64,000 nucleotides of DNA from Escherichia coli 042 (GCF_000027125.1 NC_017626.1), one strand, 5' to 3'; shown: positions 9,920-21,695, counted from the first letter of the stretch. Notes: generated from the letters alone by a model not told the origin. Numbers and translations: made by a program.

Positions 9920-12900
9920 TCAACGAATACTGATGCCGGAAGCGGCTTTTTTGGTCACAATCACCGTACAGTCGGTGATATTACCTGCCCACTGATTGCC
10001 TTTATGGAAAACCTTAAACTCCAGAGTGACGCTTCCCCTGCCACTCGGCATATCAATAACCGCACTGTAGCTACCGGGAATGGCCCCTTTAGTTTCTCTG
10101 GATGCGATTAATACACCGTTTTGGCGAACTTCAAAACCATAACCCGTGTATCTTGTACCTCCCGGGTTATTACCACTTCCCGGATCGCTATACGCTATTC
10201 CGTTAAAGATAATGGGCGGAATAATGATTTGACGGTCAAAGTTATGATCATCGCTTATGGTGACTGTAACCGTCCCGTTTGGTGTTTCCGTGTTACCCCA
10301 CGTACCAGCCTGTTTCGGAAATGATTTGGATACAGCTTTAACGAAATCCCCTCTGACCTGAGTCGCCTCCAGCATGCCCTTAATCGTACAGTTTTCATTT
10401 ACCGTGACATTGTTGAGCGTCCCGGCGTTCGCATTCACACTGCCACTGATATCCGCATTTTTAGCGGTCAGCTTTCCGTCTGATGTCAGGGAAAATACCG
10501 GTGGATTTCCACCGCTGGTAATGGTGGGGGCCGTCAGGCGCTTCAGGAACACGTCGTTCATGAATATCTGGTTGCCCTGCGCCACAAACATCGGCGTTTC
10601 ATTCCCGTTTGCCGGATCAATAAACGCGATACGATTGGCGGCAACCAGAAACTGGCTCAGTTTGCCTTCCTCTGTATCCTCCATGCTGAGGCCAATACCC
10701 GCGACATAATGTTTGCCGTCTTTGGTCTGCTCAATTTTGACGCCCCACATGGCATTCCACTTATCGTTAGCATCCTTCCACTCTTTCGAAAACTGCTCCA
10801 GTCTGCTGGCGTTATCCTCCGTCAGGTCGACTTTTTCCAGCAGCTCTTTACCGAGATGGGATTCGGTTATCAGGCCTTTGAAAAAATCCAGGTAACCTTC
10901 GGCATCATCGCTCGCCCGACCAACAGCCTCCACGAATGCCGATTTGCCAACGGTGTTCACACTGCGAACGTAAAAATAATAATTATGGCCCGGCCTGATA
11001 TTGATACTGGCGGCTATCCAGTACAGCGCCGTGCCAAGATAGCGTGCTGTGGTTTCAACCTGCCTGATATCCGCAATCCGCTTTTCCGAGAACCAGAACT
11101 CAAACTGTACCGTCGGGTCATAAACCGCAAGATGCGGCGTGGCGGTTATCTGAAAATAGCCCGGCGTCAGCTCAATCCGCGACGGCGCTGCCGGTGCGGC
11201 AATCCGGAACGATACCGACGCCGGATCGCCCTGCTGCTCCCACGCATTTACTGCCCGGACTGTCAGCCTGTAGTTCCCCAGAGCCAGTTGTGTGAAGCGG
11301 TAAGTGGTTTCCGTCGTCCGGGCCGTGCTGACCAGCCGCTCACTGCCGTCATCCGCTGCCACGGTCAGGCGAAGCATGAAACTCACGCCCTTCACCACCT
11401 TCGGCGTGTCCCAGCGGGCCAGTACCTGATACTCCCCGCTGTCTGCGGTGACTTCGGCAGTCAGGTGCTGCACTGCTGGCGGCGTGACACCATTCACCGT
11501 GCCGCTCTGGTCGCCGTCAAAGTGCGCCCCGTTATCCACGATAGCTTCTTTTTCCGGTACATGCTGCACGGCGGTGATGGCATACGTGCCGTCGTCGTTC
11601 TCACGGATACTCACGCAGCGGAACAGGCGCTGGCGCAGCGTCGGCAGCTTCAGCCCCCATACGCTGTATCCGGCAACGCCGTCAGGAACACGGCTCACTT
11701 TTACCTTCACGCCGTCGGTGACGGACTGGACCTCCACGCTGACCGGATTGCCACTTCCGTCAACCAGGCTTATCAGCGTGGTACCGGAGGATGGCAGCGT
11801 GATTTCACGGTCGAGCGTCAGCGTCCGGGTCTGGCTGTTCACCGCCAGCACGCGCCCGCCGGTGCTGATCCCCGCATAGTCATCATCGCAGATTTCAATG
11901 ACATCGCCCGGCACATGGCGAAGCCCTTCCGCACCCACGCTGAAGTCCACGGTCTGCGTTTCCAGTAGTTCCGTTTTAATCAGCCACAGCCCGGCGCGGT
12001 GCGCCTGCCCCCGGCTGGTACAGCCAAAGGCATCCATCTTCGTGACGTTACGACCGTAACGGAGAATGGCCTGCGTATCTTCAACAAGCTCTGTCGCCGT
12101 CTCCCAGCCGTTATCCGGGTCAATCCAGTTCACCTCAACGGCATTATGACGGTCCTTCAGGGCACTGAAGCTGTAGCGGAACGGCGCGCCATCATCCGGC
12201 ATCACCACATTACTGCGGTTATAGGTCCACACCTTATCCGACGGTCGGTCCTGCACGAACGTCAGCGTCTGCCCGTTCCATACCGGCATACAGCGCATCG
12301 CCGAGCAGAAATCACTGAGAACATCCCACGCCTTGCGCTGTGTGGTCAGGTAGGCATTACAGGTGATGCGCGGCTCCGTGCCACCAAAGCCATCCGGCAC
12401 CGACTGGTCGCAATTCTGGCCGATGACATACAGCGCCCATTTGTCCACATCCGCCGCACCGAGACGCTTCCCCATGCCGTAGCGCGGATGGGTCAGCATA
12501 TCCCACAGACACCAGGCCATGTTGTTGCTGTATGCTGGCTTAAACGTTCCGTCCCAGATACCGCTGTATTGCCGCGTCTGCGGGTTATAGTTCGACGGCA
12601 CCTGCAGAATGCGCCCGCGAAGATGATAATTACGGCTCACCTGCTGGCTGCCGAACTGTTCCGAGTCCACCTGCACGCCGACCAGTGCCGTGTTCGGGTA
12701 GCACTGTTTCACATCGATGATTTCGGTGTATGACGACCAGAGCGTTTTGTTCTGCAGCTGGTCTGTGGTGCTGTCCGGCGTCATCCTGCGCATCCGGATA
12801 TTAAACGGGCGCGGCGGCAGGTTACCCACCACCACCGAGGCCAGATACTGCGAGGTGGTTTTGCCCTTAATGGTGATGTCTTTTTCCGTCACCCAGCCAC

Positions 12901-13333
12901 CGTTACGCTGTATCTGAACCAGCAGACGGACTTCCGACGGATTCCTGTCACCCTTTGAGGTGGTTTCCACCAGTGCCTGTACACCGAAGGTAAAGCGCAG
13001 TCGGTCGATGTTTGCCGACGTGATGGCGCGGGTGATCGGCGTGTCGTATTTCACTTCCGTACCCAACACCGTCTCGGAGCCGGAGGATTCAAATCCCTCC
13101 GGCGGAGTCTGCTCCTGCTCACCAGCCCGGAACACCACCGTGACACCGGCGATGTTGGTATTCCCATCACTGTCCAGCACCGGCGTACTGTTCAGCAGCA
13201 CGCTTTTTAATCCATCCACCGGACCTTCAATCGGCCCTTCACTGATGGCATCAATCACACTCAGCAACTGCGTGGACTTCAGGTTGTCCTTCGCTTCGCG
13301 CGGGGTATGCCCCTTACTGCTTCCTTTACCCAT
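9920..13333 (-). CDS. J: tail tip / host-specificity protein J (1137 aa)
   Basis: N-terminus [37 protein letters not shown].. matches recalled lambda J. Collinear over most of its length. The last roughly 150 aa diverge. Confidence 0.93.
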   Translation of the reverse strand: MGKGSSKGHTPREAKDNLKSTQLLSVIDAISEGPIEGPVDGLKSVLLNSTPVLDSDGNTNIAGVTVVFRAGEQEQTPPEGFESSGSETVLGTEVKYDTPITRAITSANIDRLRFTFGVQALVETTSKGDRNPSEVRLLVQIQRNGGWVTEKDITIKGKTTSQYLASVVVGNLPPRPFNIRMRRMTPDSTTDQLQNKTLWSSYTEIIDVKQCYPNTALVGVQVDSEQFGSQQVSRNYHLRGRILQVPSNYNPQTRQYSGIWDGTFKPAYSNNMAWCLWDMLTHPRYGMGKRLGAADVDKWALYVIGQNCDQSVPDGFGGTEPRITCNAYLTTQRKAWDVLSDFCSAMRCMPVWNGQTLTFVQDRPSDKVWTYNRSNVVMPDDGAPFRYSFSALKDRHNAVEVNWIDPDNGWETATELVEDTQAILRYGRNVTKMDAFGCTSRGQAHRAGLWLIKTELLETQTVDFSVGAEGLRHVPGDVIEICDDDYAGISTGGRVLAVNSQTRTLTLDREITLPSSGTTLISLVDGSGNPVSVEVQSVTDGVKVKVSRVPDGVAGYSVWGLKLPTLRQRLFRCVSIRENDDGTYAITAVQHVPEKEAIVDNGAHFDGDQSGTVNGVTPPAVQHLTAEVTADSGEYQVLARWDTPKVVKGVSFMLRLTVAADDGSERLVSTARTTETTYRFTQLALGNYRLTVRAVNAWEQQGDPASVSFRIAAPAAPSRIELTPGYFQITATPHLAVYDPTVQFEFWFSEKRIADIRQVETTARYLGTALYWIAASINIRPGHNYYFYVRSVNTVGKSAFVEAVGRASDDAEGYLDFFKGLITESHLGKELLEKVDLTEDNASRLEQFSKEWKDANDKWNAMWGVKIEQTKDGKHYVAGIGLSMEDTEEGKLSQFLVAANRIAFIDPANGNETPMFVAQGNQIFMNDVFLKRLTAPTITSGGNPPVFSLTSDGKLTAKNADISGSVNANAGTLNNVTVNENCTIKGMLEATQVRGDFVKAVSKSFPKQAGTWGNTETPNGTVTVTISDDHNFDRQIIIPPIIFNGIAYSDPGSGNNPGGTRYTGYGFEVRQNGVLIASRETKGAIPGSYSAVIDMPSGRGSVTLEFKVFHKGNQWAGNITDCTVIVTKKAASGISIR

Positions 13334-13393
13334 TCCTCACGCTCCATAAACGACAAAACCGCCCGCAGGCGGTTTCACATAAAACATTTTGCA

Positions 13394-14065
13394 TCAGCGA
13401 CCAATCACCACAACCTGACCACCGTCCCCTTCGTCTGCCGTGCTGATCTCCTGAGAAACCACGCGTGACCCCACGCGCATTTCCCCGTACAGAACAGGCA
13501 GAACATTGCCCTGGGCAACCATGTTATCCAGTGAGGAGAAATAGGTGTTCTGCTTACCGTTATCCGTTGTCTGTGTACGGGGAGTTCTGGCTTTCGGTGC
13601 CAGCATCTGCGCCACACCACCGAGCACCATACTGGCACCGAGAGAAAACAGGATGCCGGTCATACCACCGGCCCCAATGGCTGCCCCCCATGCTGCAAGG
13701 GTGGCTCCGGCGGTAAAGAATGATCCGGCAATGGCGGCAGCCCCCAGGACAATCTGGAATACGCCACCTGACTTGGCCCCGGCGACTCTGGGAACAATAT
13801 GAATCACAGCGCCATCAGGCAGAGTCTCATGTAACTGCGCCGTTAACCCGGACGTGCTGACGTCCCGCCCGGCAATCCGTACCTGATACCAGCCGTCGCT
13901 CAGTTTCTGACGAAACGCCGGGAGCTGTGTGGCCAGTGCCCGGATGGCTTCAGCCCCCGTTTTCACACGAAGGTCGATGCGGCGACCAAATCGTTGTAAA
14001 TCCCCGTAAAGGCAGATGCGCGCCATGCCCGGTGACGCCAGAGGGAGTGTGTGCGTCGCTGCCAT
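13394..14065 (-). CDS. I: tail tip assembly protein I
   Basis: 223 aa, MAATHTLPLASPGMARICLYGDLQRFGRR.., matching recalled lambda I. Confidence 0.9.
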   Translation of the reverse strand: MAATHTLPLASPGMARICLYGDLQRFGRRIDLRVKTGAEAIRALATQLPAFRQKLSDGWYQVRIAGRDVSTSGLTAQLHETLPDGAVIHIVPRVAGAKSGGVFQIVLGAAAIAGSFFTAGATLAAWGAAIGAGGMTGILFSLGASMVLGGVAQMLAPKARTPRTQTTDNGKQNTYFSSLDNMVAQGNVLPVLYGEMRVGSRVVSQEISTADEGDGGQVVVIGR

Positions 14066-14706
14066 TTGTCGGTGTACCTCTCTCGTTTGCTCAGTTGTTC
14101 AGGAATATGGTGCAGCAGCTCGCCGTCGCCGCAGTAAATTGCGGCGTGATTCGGCACCGATGAACCAAAACAGCACAGCAGCACATCGCCCGGCTGTGCC
14201 GCTGACAACGGCACCTGATACAGCCCCGTCGCCTCCAGATTATCCAGATAGAGATTCTGGCCGTTACGCCACCAGTCATCCTCACGATGAAAGTCCGGCA
14301 TCTCAATCCCCGCCAGATGATAAGCATCCCGGAACAGTGTGTAACAGTCCGTCACACCGTGCTCAAAGCGCCGCCCGGTGAGATGCGGCACACAGCGGAA
14401 CTTATGAATCGTCCCCCGGCAGACCAGCCACCACGGCAAATCACTCTGCACCTGCAGCCGCCGGTCGGCCTCACTCAGCCAGGGCAGACCACCGGGGTGG
14501 CTGTGGACCAGCGCCACAATCTCACCCTGCATTTCTGCCTGCAGCCAGTCTTCCGGCGACATACGGAAATACGCCTCCGGCTCACCGGAGATATTCACGC
14601 AGGGGAAATATCTTTCCCCCTCCGGCGTGCTTACCACGAAGCCGCACGACTCCGCTGGCGCACATCGCCGGGCGTGCGCCAGAATCGCTGATTCTGTCTG
14701 TGTCAT
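13963..14706 (-). CDS. K: tail tip assembly protein K (MPN/JAB plus NlpC/P60-like)
   Basis: MTQTESAILAHARRCAPAESCGFVV..HSHP.. matches recalled lambda K. Overlaps I as in lambda. An internal start is possible. Confidence 0.88.
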   Translation of the reverse strand: MTQTESAILAHARRCAPAESCGFVVSTPEGERYFPCVNISGEPEAYFRMSPEDWLQAEMQGEIVALVHSHPGGLPWLSEADRRLQVQSDLPWWLVCRGTIHKFRCVPHLTGRRFEHGVTDCYTLFRDAYHLAGIEMPDFHREDDWWRNGQNLYLDNLEATGLYQVPLSAAQPGDVLLCCFGSSVPNHAAIYCGDGELLHHIPEQLSKRERYTDKWQRRTHSLWRHRAWRASAFTGIYNDLVAASTFV

Positions 14707-14711
14707 GGGAT

Positions 14712-15410
14712 TTACTGCGAAAGTTTGTTAATGGAAAGGAAGCCGCCAAAGTTGCCGACGTTATTGCGGAACTTACAACCGCTCAGGCATTTGCTGCATT
14801 TATCCTTCGTGATATCGGACGTTGGCTGGTCATATTCATCCGCGACAGCCGGACCGCTATAACCGCACTCGTCACCGCGATAGGTCCAGGTGCAGGTGTT
14901 GGCCAGCATGATACGTCCCGGAAAAACAGCGCCATCCGTTTCCGTCGGCGTGGACAGTACAAAGGAGGCACTCACCGCGCTCAGTTCGCTGCACTGCTCA
15001 ATGCGCCAGCGGCTGATCACCTCCTGCTCCGGATCGGCGCCACTGTTTCCGTTGACGAAGTTCACCGCATCCAGAAAACGGGCGTAAACCTTACGCCGGA
15101 CCACCGTTCCACCGACCAGACTCTGCAGATCTTCCGCCATCCCGGTGACCATACCGTACAGGTTAGAAACCGTCAGTGTGGGGCGCGTACTGGTGCCTTT
15201 GCCATTCAGTTCAAAACCACTCCCCTGAATGGGATACGGCTGATACTGTCGCCCCTGCCAGGTGACCGGCTCACCTTTTTCGTTCTGCTCATTACAGAAA
15301 AAATAACGTTCTCCACCGACCTCTGTCAGGTCGATTTCCCAGAGCACCACGCTGGCCGACTGCTCCGCACGGGTGCATTCATTCAGTGTTTCCTGCCGGA
15401 TATCCTGCAT
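14712..15410 (-). CDS. L: tail tip protein L
   Basis: 232 aa, MQDIRQETLNECTRAEQSASVVLWEIDL.., matching recalled lambda L. Confidence 0.92.
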   Translation of the reverse strand: MQDIRQETLNECTRAEQSASVVLWEIDLTEVGGERYFFCNEQNEKGEPVTWQGRQYQPYPIQGSGFELNGKGTSTRPTLTVSNLYGMVTGMAEDLQSLVGGTVVRRKVYARFLDAVNFVNGNSGADPEQEVISRWRIEQCSELSAVSASFVLSTPTETDGAVFPGRIMLANTCTWTYRGDECGYSGPAVADEYDQPTSDITKDKCSKCLSGCKFRNNVGNFGGFLSINKLSQ

Positions 15411-15739
15411 CAGTTCACCACCTGTTCAAACTCTGCGCTGAACTCAACACGCAGCATACTGACCCGCGACGACCATTTTGCGCAGGTCACCTTTATCTGC
15501 CGCCACTCATAAGGCGGCGTCCACAGAAAGGCTTTCCAGCCCCCGTGCTCAGCCAGAAACGACTCCAGCGCCGTGGCCTCCCAACGGGGAACAGAAAGCG
15601 TCACGCTGTACGTTTTCAGGTCGGCATTCAGCCCGGCAGGCGCTCGCTGGGAATAGCCATCACCAAAGCGCACTTTCCTGACGGAAGGGGCCGAAGCCAC
15701 ATCCATACCGGGTTTCACTTTCCAGCGGAAGGTCTTCAT
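15410..15739 (-). CDS. M: tail tip protein M
   Basis: 109 aa, MKTFRWKVKPGMDVASAPSVRKVRFGDGYSQ.., matching recalled lambda M. Confidence 0.92.
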   Translation of the reverse strand: MKTFRWKVKPGMDVASAPSVRKVRFGDGYSQRAPAGLNADLKTYSVTLSVPRWEATALESFLAEHGGWKAFLWTPPYEWRQIKVTCAKWSSRVSMLRVEFSAEFEQVVN

Positions 15740-18314
15740 CGTCCACCTCCGGAGAACAGACCACCATCGCGCATCTGTGCCTGAATTTCATCACGGGCAC
15801 CCTTGCGGGCCATGTCATACACTGCCTTCATCATCTGTGGACCTGGCAGACCATTCGTACCGTCGTTCTGAATCACCACGTGATTGTTCTGATTAAAATT
15901 AATGCCTTCAGCCCGCCGCATCTGCGCCGGACTTCCGGCACCGCCCACATAACCACCTTCCGCATAGCCCCGCATCAGGCGGTACAGGTTGCCGACACCA
16001 ATTCGGCTGGTTGCCTCCTTCGTGAAGACAAATTCACCACGGTGAACAATCCCCGCTGGCTCATATTTGCCGCCGGTTCCCGTAAATCCTCCGGTTGCAA
16101 AATGGAATTTCGCCGCAGCTGCCTGAATGGCTGTACCGCCTGATGCGGATGCGCCGCCACCAACAGCCCCGCCAATGGCGCTACCGATACTCCCGACAAT
16201 CCCCACCATTGCCTGCTTAAGCAGAATTTCTGTCATCATGGACAGCACGGAACGGGTGAAGCTGCGCCAGTTCTGCTCACTGCCGGTCAGCATCGCCGCC
16301 ATATTCTGCGCAATACCATCAAAGGTCTGCGTGGCTGCACTTTTAACCTGCGACATACTGTCCGTGGCGCTCTCTTCCCACTCACTCCAGCCGGACCTGA
16401 GGCCTGCCATCCAGCTCCCGCGAAGCTGGTCTTCAGCCGCCCAGGTCTTTTTCTGCTCTGACATGACGTTATTCAGCGCCAGCGAATTATCGCCATACTG
16501 TTCCTTCAGGCGCTGTTCTGTGGCTTCCCGCGCTGCCTGCCGGTCAGTAAGCCCCCGGTTTTTCGCCTCAATGGCTGCCCGTTTTGCCCGTTGTTGCTGT
16601 GCGAACTTATCCGCCTGCTGCGCCAGCGCGTTCAGGCGCTCCTGATACGTAACCTTGTCGCCAAGTGCAGCCAGCTGGCGTTTGTACTCCAGCGTCTCAT
16701 CTTTATGCGCCAGCAGGGATTTCTCCTGTGCGGACAGCTGGCGACGTTGCGCCGCCTCCTCCAGTACCGCGAACTGACTCTCCGCCTTCCACAAATCCCG
16801 GCGCTGCTGGCTGATTTTCTCATTTGCTCCGGCATGCTTCTCCAGCGTCCGGAGTTCAGCCTGAAGCGTCAGCAGGGCAGCATGAGCACTGTCTTCCTGA
16901 CGATCGCCCGCAGACACTTTCACGCCGGACTGTTTCGGCTTTTTCAGCGTCGCTTCATAATCCTTTTTCGCCGCCGCCATCAGCGTGTTGTAATCTGCCT
17001 GCAGGATTTTCCCGTCTTTCAGTGCCTTGTTCAGTTCTTCCTGACGGGCGGTATATTTCTCCAGCGGCGTCTGCAGGCGTTCGTAAGCCTTCTGCGCCTC
17101 TTCGGTATATTTCAGCCGTGATGCCTCAGACTCGGCCCAGTCCTTTGCTGCCATCTCTCTGGCCTTTTCAAGATCGGCCTGCAACGTGGCGGCTGAAAGC
17201 CCAAGTTGCGCATTCGCTCTGTCCTCCCATGCTCCCCGGAGATTGGCAAGAAATGCTGAGGTTTTACCGCGCCGGTGGCTTCGGCTCTGATACCACTGCC
17301 ATTTTTTGTCCGCCTCATCAAAAGCCTTTTCTGCTTTCTCCAGCATTCCCTGGGCAGTGTCCGGGCGACCAATATCCAGCACCGAATCCCACATGGATTT
17401 GAATGCCCGTGCTGTCCTGTCTGCCCAGGTCTCCAGCGTGCCCATGTTCTCTTTCAGGCGGCGGGTCTGGTCATCAAACCCTTTCGTTGCGGCCTCGTTC
17501 GCCGCCTGCAATGCCCCGGCCTCATCTCCGGAACGCTGCAACTGAGCAACATACGCAATCTGCTCCGCCGTCACGTTATGGAACTGACGTGCCATCGCTG
17601 TCAGTCCCGACGTCGGGTCTGTGGTCAGCTTCCCGAAGGCTTCAGCGACCTTGTCCACCTCCACGCCGGATGCAGAGGAGAAACGCGCCACACTCTGGCT
17701 GATCGCCTCAAACTGCTCACCACCACGCACACCGGCATTCACCAGCGCCGTCAGTGACTCGCTGGTCTGGTTAAACGTCAGCCCTGCCGCCTGCCCGGCT
17801 CTGGACAGGGCCAGAATACGATCTGCCGTCAGTCCCGCCTGATTGCCGGAAAGGACCAGCGTTTTGTTGAAATCGGACAGGGTTGAGTTGCCCTGATACC
17901 AGGCATACGCCAGCGCACCGGTCGCCACCGCCAGCGAGGTGGCCCCACCATCGGCAGGGTGATCGCACCGGCAAGCCCCCTGAACATGGGGATCATCCCG
18001 CCGAAGGAGTCCTTAACCTGACCACCCTGTTGCAGCAGGATCAGCCACGGACTTTGCCCGCCTGCAAGCTGCGTGGCCACGTCGGTGAACTGTGCAGGCA
18101 GCATACGCATGGCGGCTTTATACTGCCCGACGGAAATCCCCGCTTTCTGTGCAGCCAGCGCCTGTCGGCTCAGCGACTGTTCAACGACTGCCGCTGTTTT
18201 TTTCGCATCAGTTTCCGTACCGGAAAAATGACGCCTGACTCTGGCCATCTGCTCGTCAAATCTGGCCGCATCCAGACTCAAATCAACGACCAGATCGCCT
18301 ACCGGTTCAGCCAT
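15736..18314 (-). pseudogene. H: tail tape-measure protein H, disrupted by a 1-nt frameshift
   Basis: ORF 17829-18314 matches lambda H residues 1 to about 124 (..AITLPMVG) and then goes out of frame. ORF 15736-17928 continues with (ATSLAV)ATGALAYAWYQGN.. in another frame. The junction is at a C4/G4 run, 17943-17946. Confidence 0.88.
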
Positions 18315-18741
18315 ACCGGACTCCTCCTGCGATCCCTTCTGATACTGTCATCAGCATTACGTCATCCTCCGTCATGTCCGCCACATCCGGGGAAGCGGGG
18401 ATAACTTCATTCCCGTCCGGGCCAAAGCGGACACCTCCGGCAAGCCCTGCCGCTTTCTGCATCAGCACATCATCTTCAGGCTCTTCGTCAGCCTCGCGCC
18501 GGTTCAGCAGACTGAAATCCAGCGGATGCATATCCGGATCGCTGAAAAACAGGCTGAGTACGGTGTACGTCAGCCCGGAAAAGTGCATATCCAGCAGAAC
18601 ATCATGAAAATAATGGGTACTGTAAAAGCGGTGCCAGTCGGCATACTCCGTGGATGACATCCCGGCAAGCATGGCACGCCAGTCGGGTCGCCCCATCTCG
18701 CGCGCCAGTTTCAGGGCAAAACTCAGCTCACCGTCGAACAC
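18307..18741 (-). CDS. T: T portion of the tail assembly chaperone G-T (expressed by -1 frameshift from G)
   Basis: The frame beginning (V)FDGELSFALKLAREMGRPDWRAML.. matches recalled lambda T. It has no independent start and is entered at the slippery site. Confidence 0.85.
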   Translation of the reverse strand: MFDGELSFALKLAREMGRPDWRAMLAGMSSTEYADWHRFYSTHYFHDVLLDMHFSGLTYTVLSLFFSDPDMHPLDFSLLNRREADEEPEDDVLMQKAAGLAGGVRFGPDGNEVIPASPDVADMTEDDVMLMTVSEGIAGGVRYG

Positions 18742-19145
18742 TTTCCCGCAGAAACAGGCTCTGCGGGCCCGGCGTCCTCTGTCTGTTCAGGGGCATTATT
18801 CACCACAAACTCATACATACCAGACAGCCGGTACACCACGTTTTCAGCATGAGAAATTGCCTCCGTGGGCCAGGTGGTAAGCACTTCCTGCTCAATCTGT
18901 TTAACGGCTTCATTCATGGACGGCATCTGCGTCTTCTGCGGATGGTTATGCCACAGGGACATCGCCACCAGAAACGCGCCGGTTCTGATGGCGTCTTCCA
19001 CAGTAAACTTCCGGTTGCTGTCTGACTCCGCCTGTTCTGCCTGCCGTTTCATCAGGGCGAGATGCTCAATGCGCTGCAGGGCTGACAGTTCAGAAAGCGT
19101 GACGGTCACACCGTTATGTTCAAATGATTCGGTTTTCAGGAACAT
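18723..19145 (-). CDS. G: tail assembly chaperone G
   Basis: 140 aa, MFLKTESFEHNGVTVTLSELSALQRIEHLALM.., matching recalled lambda G. Confidence 0.92.
   Translation of the reverse strand: MFLKTESFEHNGVTVTLSELSALQRIEHLALMKRQAEQAESDSNRKFTVEDAIRTGAFLVAMSLWHNHPQKTQMPSMNEAVKQIEQEVLTTWPTEAISHAENVVYRLSGMYEFVVNNAPEQTEDAGPAEPVSAGKCSTVS
18741..18747 (-). promoter_or_regulatory. programmed -1 ribosomal frameshift slippery heptamer G GGA AAG (G to G-T)
   Basis: The minus strand reads GCG GGA AAG TGT near the G 3' end. The -1 frame continues as GKVFDGELS.. (T). This is the same site recalled for lambda. Confidence 0.85.
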
Positions 19146-19160
19146 CGCTGACTCTCCGGA

Positions 19161-19901
19161 TTAACTGGCGGTGACGGTAATTTCTGCAACCGCAGCAAAC
19201 TCACCATTACCGGATACAACCGGAATGTTGACCTTGCCTGCAGCAACGCCGTTCACGGTGATGGTCATACCACTGACCGACACGGTGGCTTTTGTTTTAT
19301 CCGCAGACACCGCACGAAAGCTCTTGTCGGTTACGCCCTCCGGCTGGAAGGCCACGGTCAGCGTGGTGCTCTGCCCTTTCACCACCGAGGTGCTGGCAGG
19401 CGTCACGGTCATGCCGGTTGCCGCTGTTACCGTGCTGCGATCTTCTGCCATCGACGGACGTCCCACATTGGTGACTTTCACCGTGCGGGTGATCACTTCC
19501 TTCGCCGTCACCGCCTTACCGATACTGCTCACCCAGCCACGGAACACATCGACCGTGCCGTTCGGGAAGCGGATTTTATAGACACGGGTATCGCCTTCAT
19601 TAAACCACGCCAGCAGCGCCTGCTGCCCCTGCTCTCCGGGCATCCACGCCAGCGTGAAGCTGGTATCTCCGGCGGATTTCTGCCCCTGCCCGGTCGCAGT
19701 CCAGTCTGCATCTTCATCATCGAGATAGCTGTCGTCATAGGACTCAGCGGTCAGTTCGCCGGGCGTCAGGTCTTTAACTTTTGCCAGACGCGACCAGTCA
19801 ACGTCTGAAAGCGGATTCGCATAAGGGTCACCGCTCCCCTTATAAACCCACAGGGTGGTCCCGGCACCTTTCACCGGCATTGTAGGATTTGGTACAGGCA
19901 T
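19161..19901 (-). CDS. V: major tail tube protein V
   Basis: 246 aa from [22 protein letters not shown]... The C-terminal Ig-like domain is present. Matches recalled lambda V. Confidence 0.93.
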   Translation of the reverse strand: MPVPNPTMPVKGAGTTLWVYKGSGDPYANPLSDVDWSRLAKVKDLTPGELTAESYDDSYLDDEDADWTATGQGQKSAGDTSFTLAWMPGEQGQQALLAWFNEGDTRVYKIRFPNGTVDVFRGWVSSIGKAVTAKEVITRTVKVTNVGRPSMAEDRSTVTAATGMTVTPASTSVVKGQSTTLTVAFQPEGVTDKSFRAVSADKTKATVSVSGMTITVNGVAAGKVNIPVVSGNGEFAAVAEITVTAS

Positions 19902-19908
19902 AGCGTCC

Positions 19909-20304
19909 TCACATTTCATAGGTAATGACATAAGTCAGATCGGCTGAACTCCACAGGCCCGCATCATCGTCGCGCCGGTAGTCATAGCCGCTGGCCACCA
20001 TACTGGTGATCAAATCTGACAGTGCCGGGATATCGCTCATCACCGGATAAATCCGGGACTCCATCCACGCATCCAGCTCTGAATCCGGCACCTGAGCAGG
20101 CAGGAAAACTTCGATATGCAGCTCCGCCTGCCAGGTATCGCTGTCCAGCTCTTCGCCCGTGTATTCAGCGCCGGTGAGATAAACGGCAACTGCCGGAAAA
20201 TCCGCCTCATCAAAAACAGCGGGGCGACCATCAAAAAACGTCGCCCCGGTGTCATGCTTCTCCAGTGCATCCAGTACGGCTGCACGGAGTTCAGTATGTT
20301 TCAT
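19909..20304 (-). CDS. U: tail tube terminator protein U
   Basis: 131 aa, [31 protein letters not shown].., matching recalled lambda U. Confidence 0.92.
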   Translation of the reverse strand: MKHTELRAAVLDALEKHDTGATFFDGRPAVFDEADFPAVAVYLTGAEYTGEELDSDTWQAELHIEVFLPAQVPDSELDAWMESRIYPVMSDIPALSDLITSMVASGYDYRRDDDAGLWSSADLTYVITYEM

Positions 20305-20879
20305 CGCTTTATTACCATCCTCAGTTGATGCTGCAGCGCATAGCCCAGCTCTTTCGGAAGACGTTCACGCCGTATCCGCTCAATATTTTGTTTAAACGCC
20401 GTGGTCAGCGGCACCGCCATCGGGATTTTCACCACATCAATGGGGTAACGGTTTTTCCCGGCCACACGCTGCATGACATGCCACCGGCCATTTTTCAGTT
20501 GCTGAATAAACGCGCCGGGAATACGACGGTTACCCACCACAAGCACGCTGCCGCCACCTTTCAGGGCTGAACGTTGCCCCTTTTTACGACGCCTGCGGCG
20601 CGAAAGGACAACCCGCGCATTACCCAGCTTGATTACGGGCAAATCCCCCCGGTTAACTTTGATTCTGGCCTGCGGATTTTTGACCGTGGCCCTTTTCAGC
20701 CTGGCCCTTTCCTTTACCAGTTTCCGGCGTACCTTTGTCTCACGGGCAACCTGTGACGCCGACTGCGATATCGCGGATGAAGCAACGCGGTTAATGGCCA
20801 TTGCGGCGGCACCAGGCACCGCCGTTTTGCTGATACGGCTGAGGTTTTCAACGGCCTGCTCAAGACCTTTTATGGCCAT
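20301..20879 (-). CDS. Z: tail completion protein Z
   Basis: 192 aa, MAIKGLEQAVENLSRISKTAVPGAAAMAINR.., matching recalled lambda Z. Confidence 0.9.
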   Translation of the reverse strand: MAIKGLEQAVENLSRISKTAVPGAAAMAINRVASSAISQSASQVARETKVRRKLVKERARLKRATVKNPQARIKVNRGDLPVIKLGNARVVLSRRRRRKKGQRSALKGGGSVLVVGNRRIPGAFIQQLKNGRWHVMQRVAGKNRYPIDVVKIPMAVPLTTAFKQNIERIRRERLPKELGYALQHQLRMVIKR

Positions 20880-20890
20880 ACATCCCCCTT

Positions 20891-21244
20891 TCAGCGGCGA
20901 CGGTTAACGGCAGGCGGTACGCCCCGTCCAAGCCAGAGATGACAACTTCCGCCATCATCCGGCGAAACCCGATCTACCCAGAAATTTTCCTCACCGATGG
21001 TCAGCGTGTCTCCACGCCGCAGCTGCCGCACCTCATCAGTCCGGACAAACAGGGACGGGCTGGAGCCTTCAACGCGCACGCCCTGTCCGGCATAGCTGAT
21101 ATTTTCAGGGTCATCAAAAACACCACGTATCACCGCACCTGACTGCTCACCGGATGTCATGGTGGCTGACGTTCCCATGTACCCGCGTATCGTTTCATCG
21201 GCGCGGGCAATGGCAGCATCGAACAGGTTATCGAAATCAGCCAC
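20891..21244 (-). CDS. FII: head-tail joining protein FII
   Basis: 117 aa, MADFDNLFDAAIARADETIRGYMG.., matching recalled lambda FII. Confidence 0.9.
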   Translation of the reverse strand: MADFDNLFDAAIARADETIRGYMGTSATMTSGEQSGAVIRGVFDDPENISYAGQGVRVEGSSPSLFVRTDEVRQLRRGDTLTIGEENFWVDRVSPDDGGSCHLWLGRGVPPAVNRRR

Positions 21245-21255
21245 AGCGCCTCCCG

Positions 21256-21654
21256 TTATTGCATTCTGGCCAGGCCGCGCTCTGTCATTTCGGCTGCCAC
21301 ACCGGCAGAGACACGAAACGCCGTTCCCGGCAGCACAAATGCCACAGGTTCATCCCGCGTGACGTGAAGTGCATCAGTATGCAGCTTCACCAGTGCCACG
21401 ACCGTGACCAGTTCAGACGTATCCAGAATCACGGTATCCGGCTGCGCTGATCCCACCTCATTTTCATGTCCGGTCAGCACATTTTCCCGGCTGAGAGGGG
21501 TGTCCTGACCGGCAGTTTCATCCGTGTCATCAAGCTCCTCTTCCAGCTCTGCCACACGGAGCGCCAGTTCTTCTTTCGTCCCCGTCAGGCTGACATCACG
21601 GTTCAGTTGTTCACCCAGCGAGCGGAGACGGGCAATCAGTTCATCTTTCGTCAT
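21256..21654 (-). CDS. FI: DNA packaging accessory protein FI
   Basis: 132 aa from MTKDELIARLRSLGEQLNRDVSLTG.., matching recalled lambda FI. The track ORF starts 13 codons upstream. Confidence 0.9.
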   Translation of the reverse strand: MTKDELIARLRSLGEQLNRDVSLTGTKEELALRVAELEEELDDTDETAGQDTPLSRENVLTGHENEVGSAQPDTVILDTSELVTVVALVKLHTDALHVTRDEPVAFVLPGTAFRVSAGVAAEMTERGLARMQ

Positions 21655-21695
21655 GGACTCCTCCACAGAGAAACAATGGCCCCGAAGGGCCATGA

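Noticed and set aside
10709-12733. 419-aa and 244-aa plus-strand ORFs antisense to J
   Set aside because: Both are entirely within the well-supported J gene on the opposite strand. Their Arg-rich, shadow-ORF composition has no recognisable domain.
14700-15512. 270-aa plus-strand ORF antisense to L/M
   Set aside because: A shadow ORF opposite conserved lambda L and M, with no independent signals.
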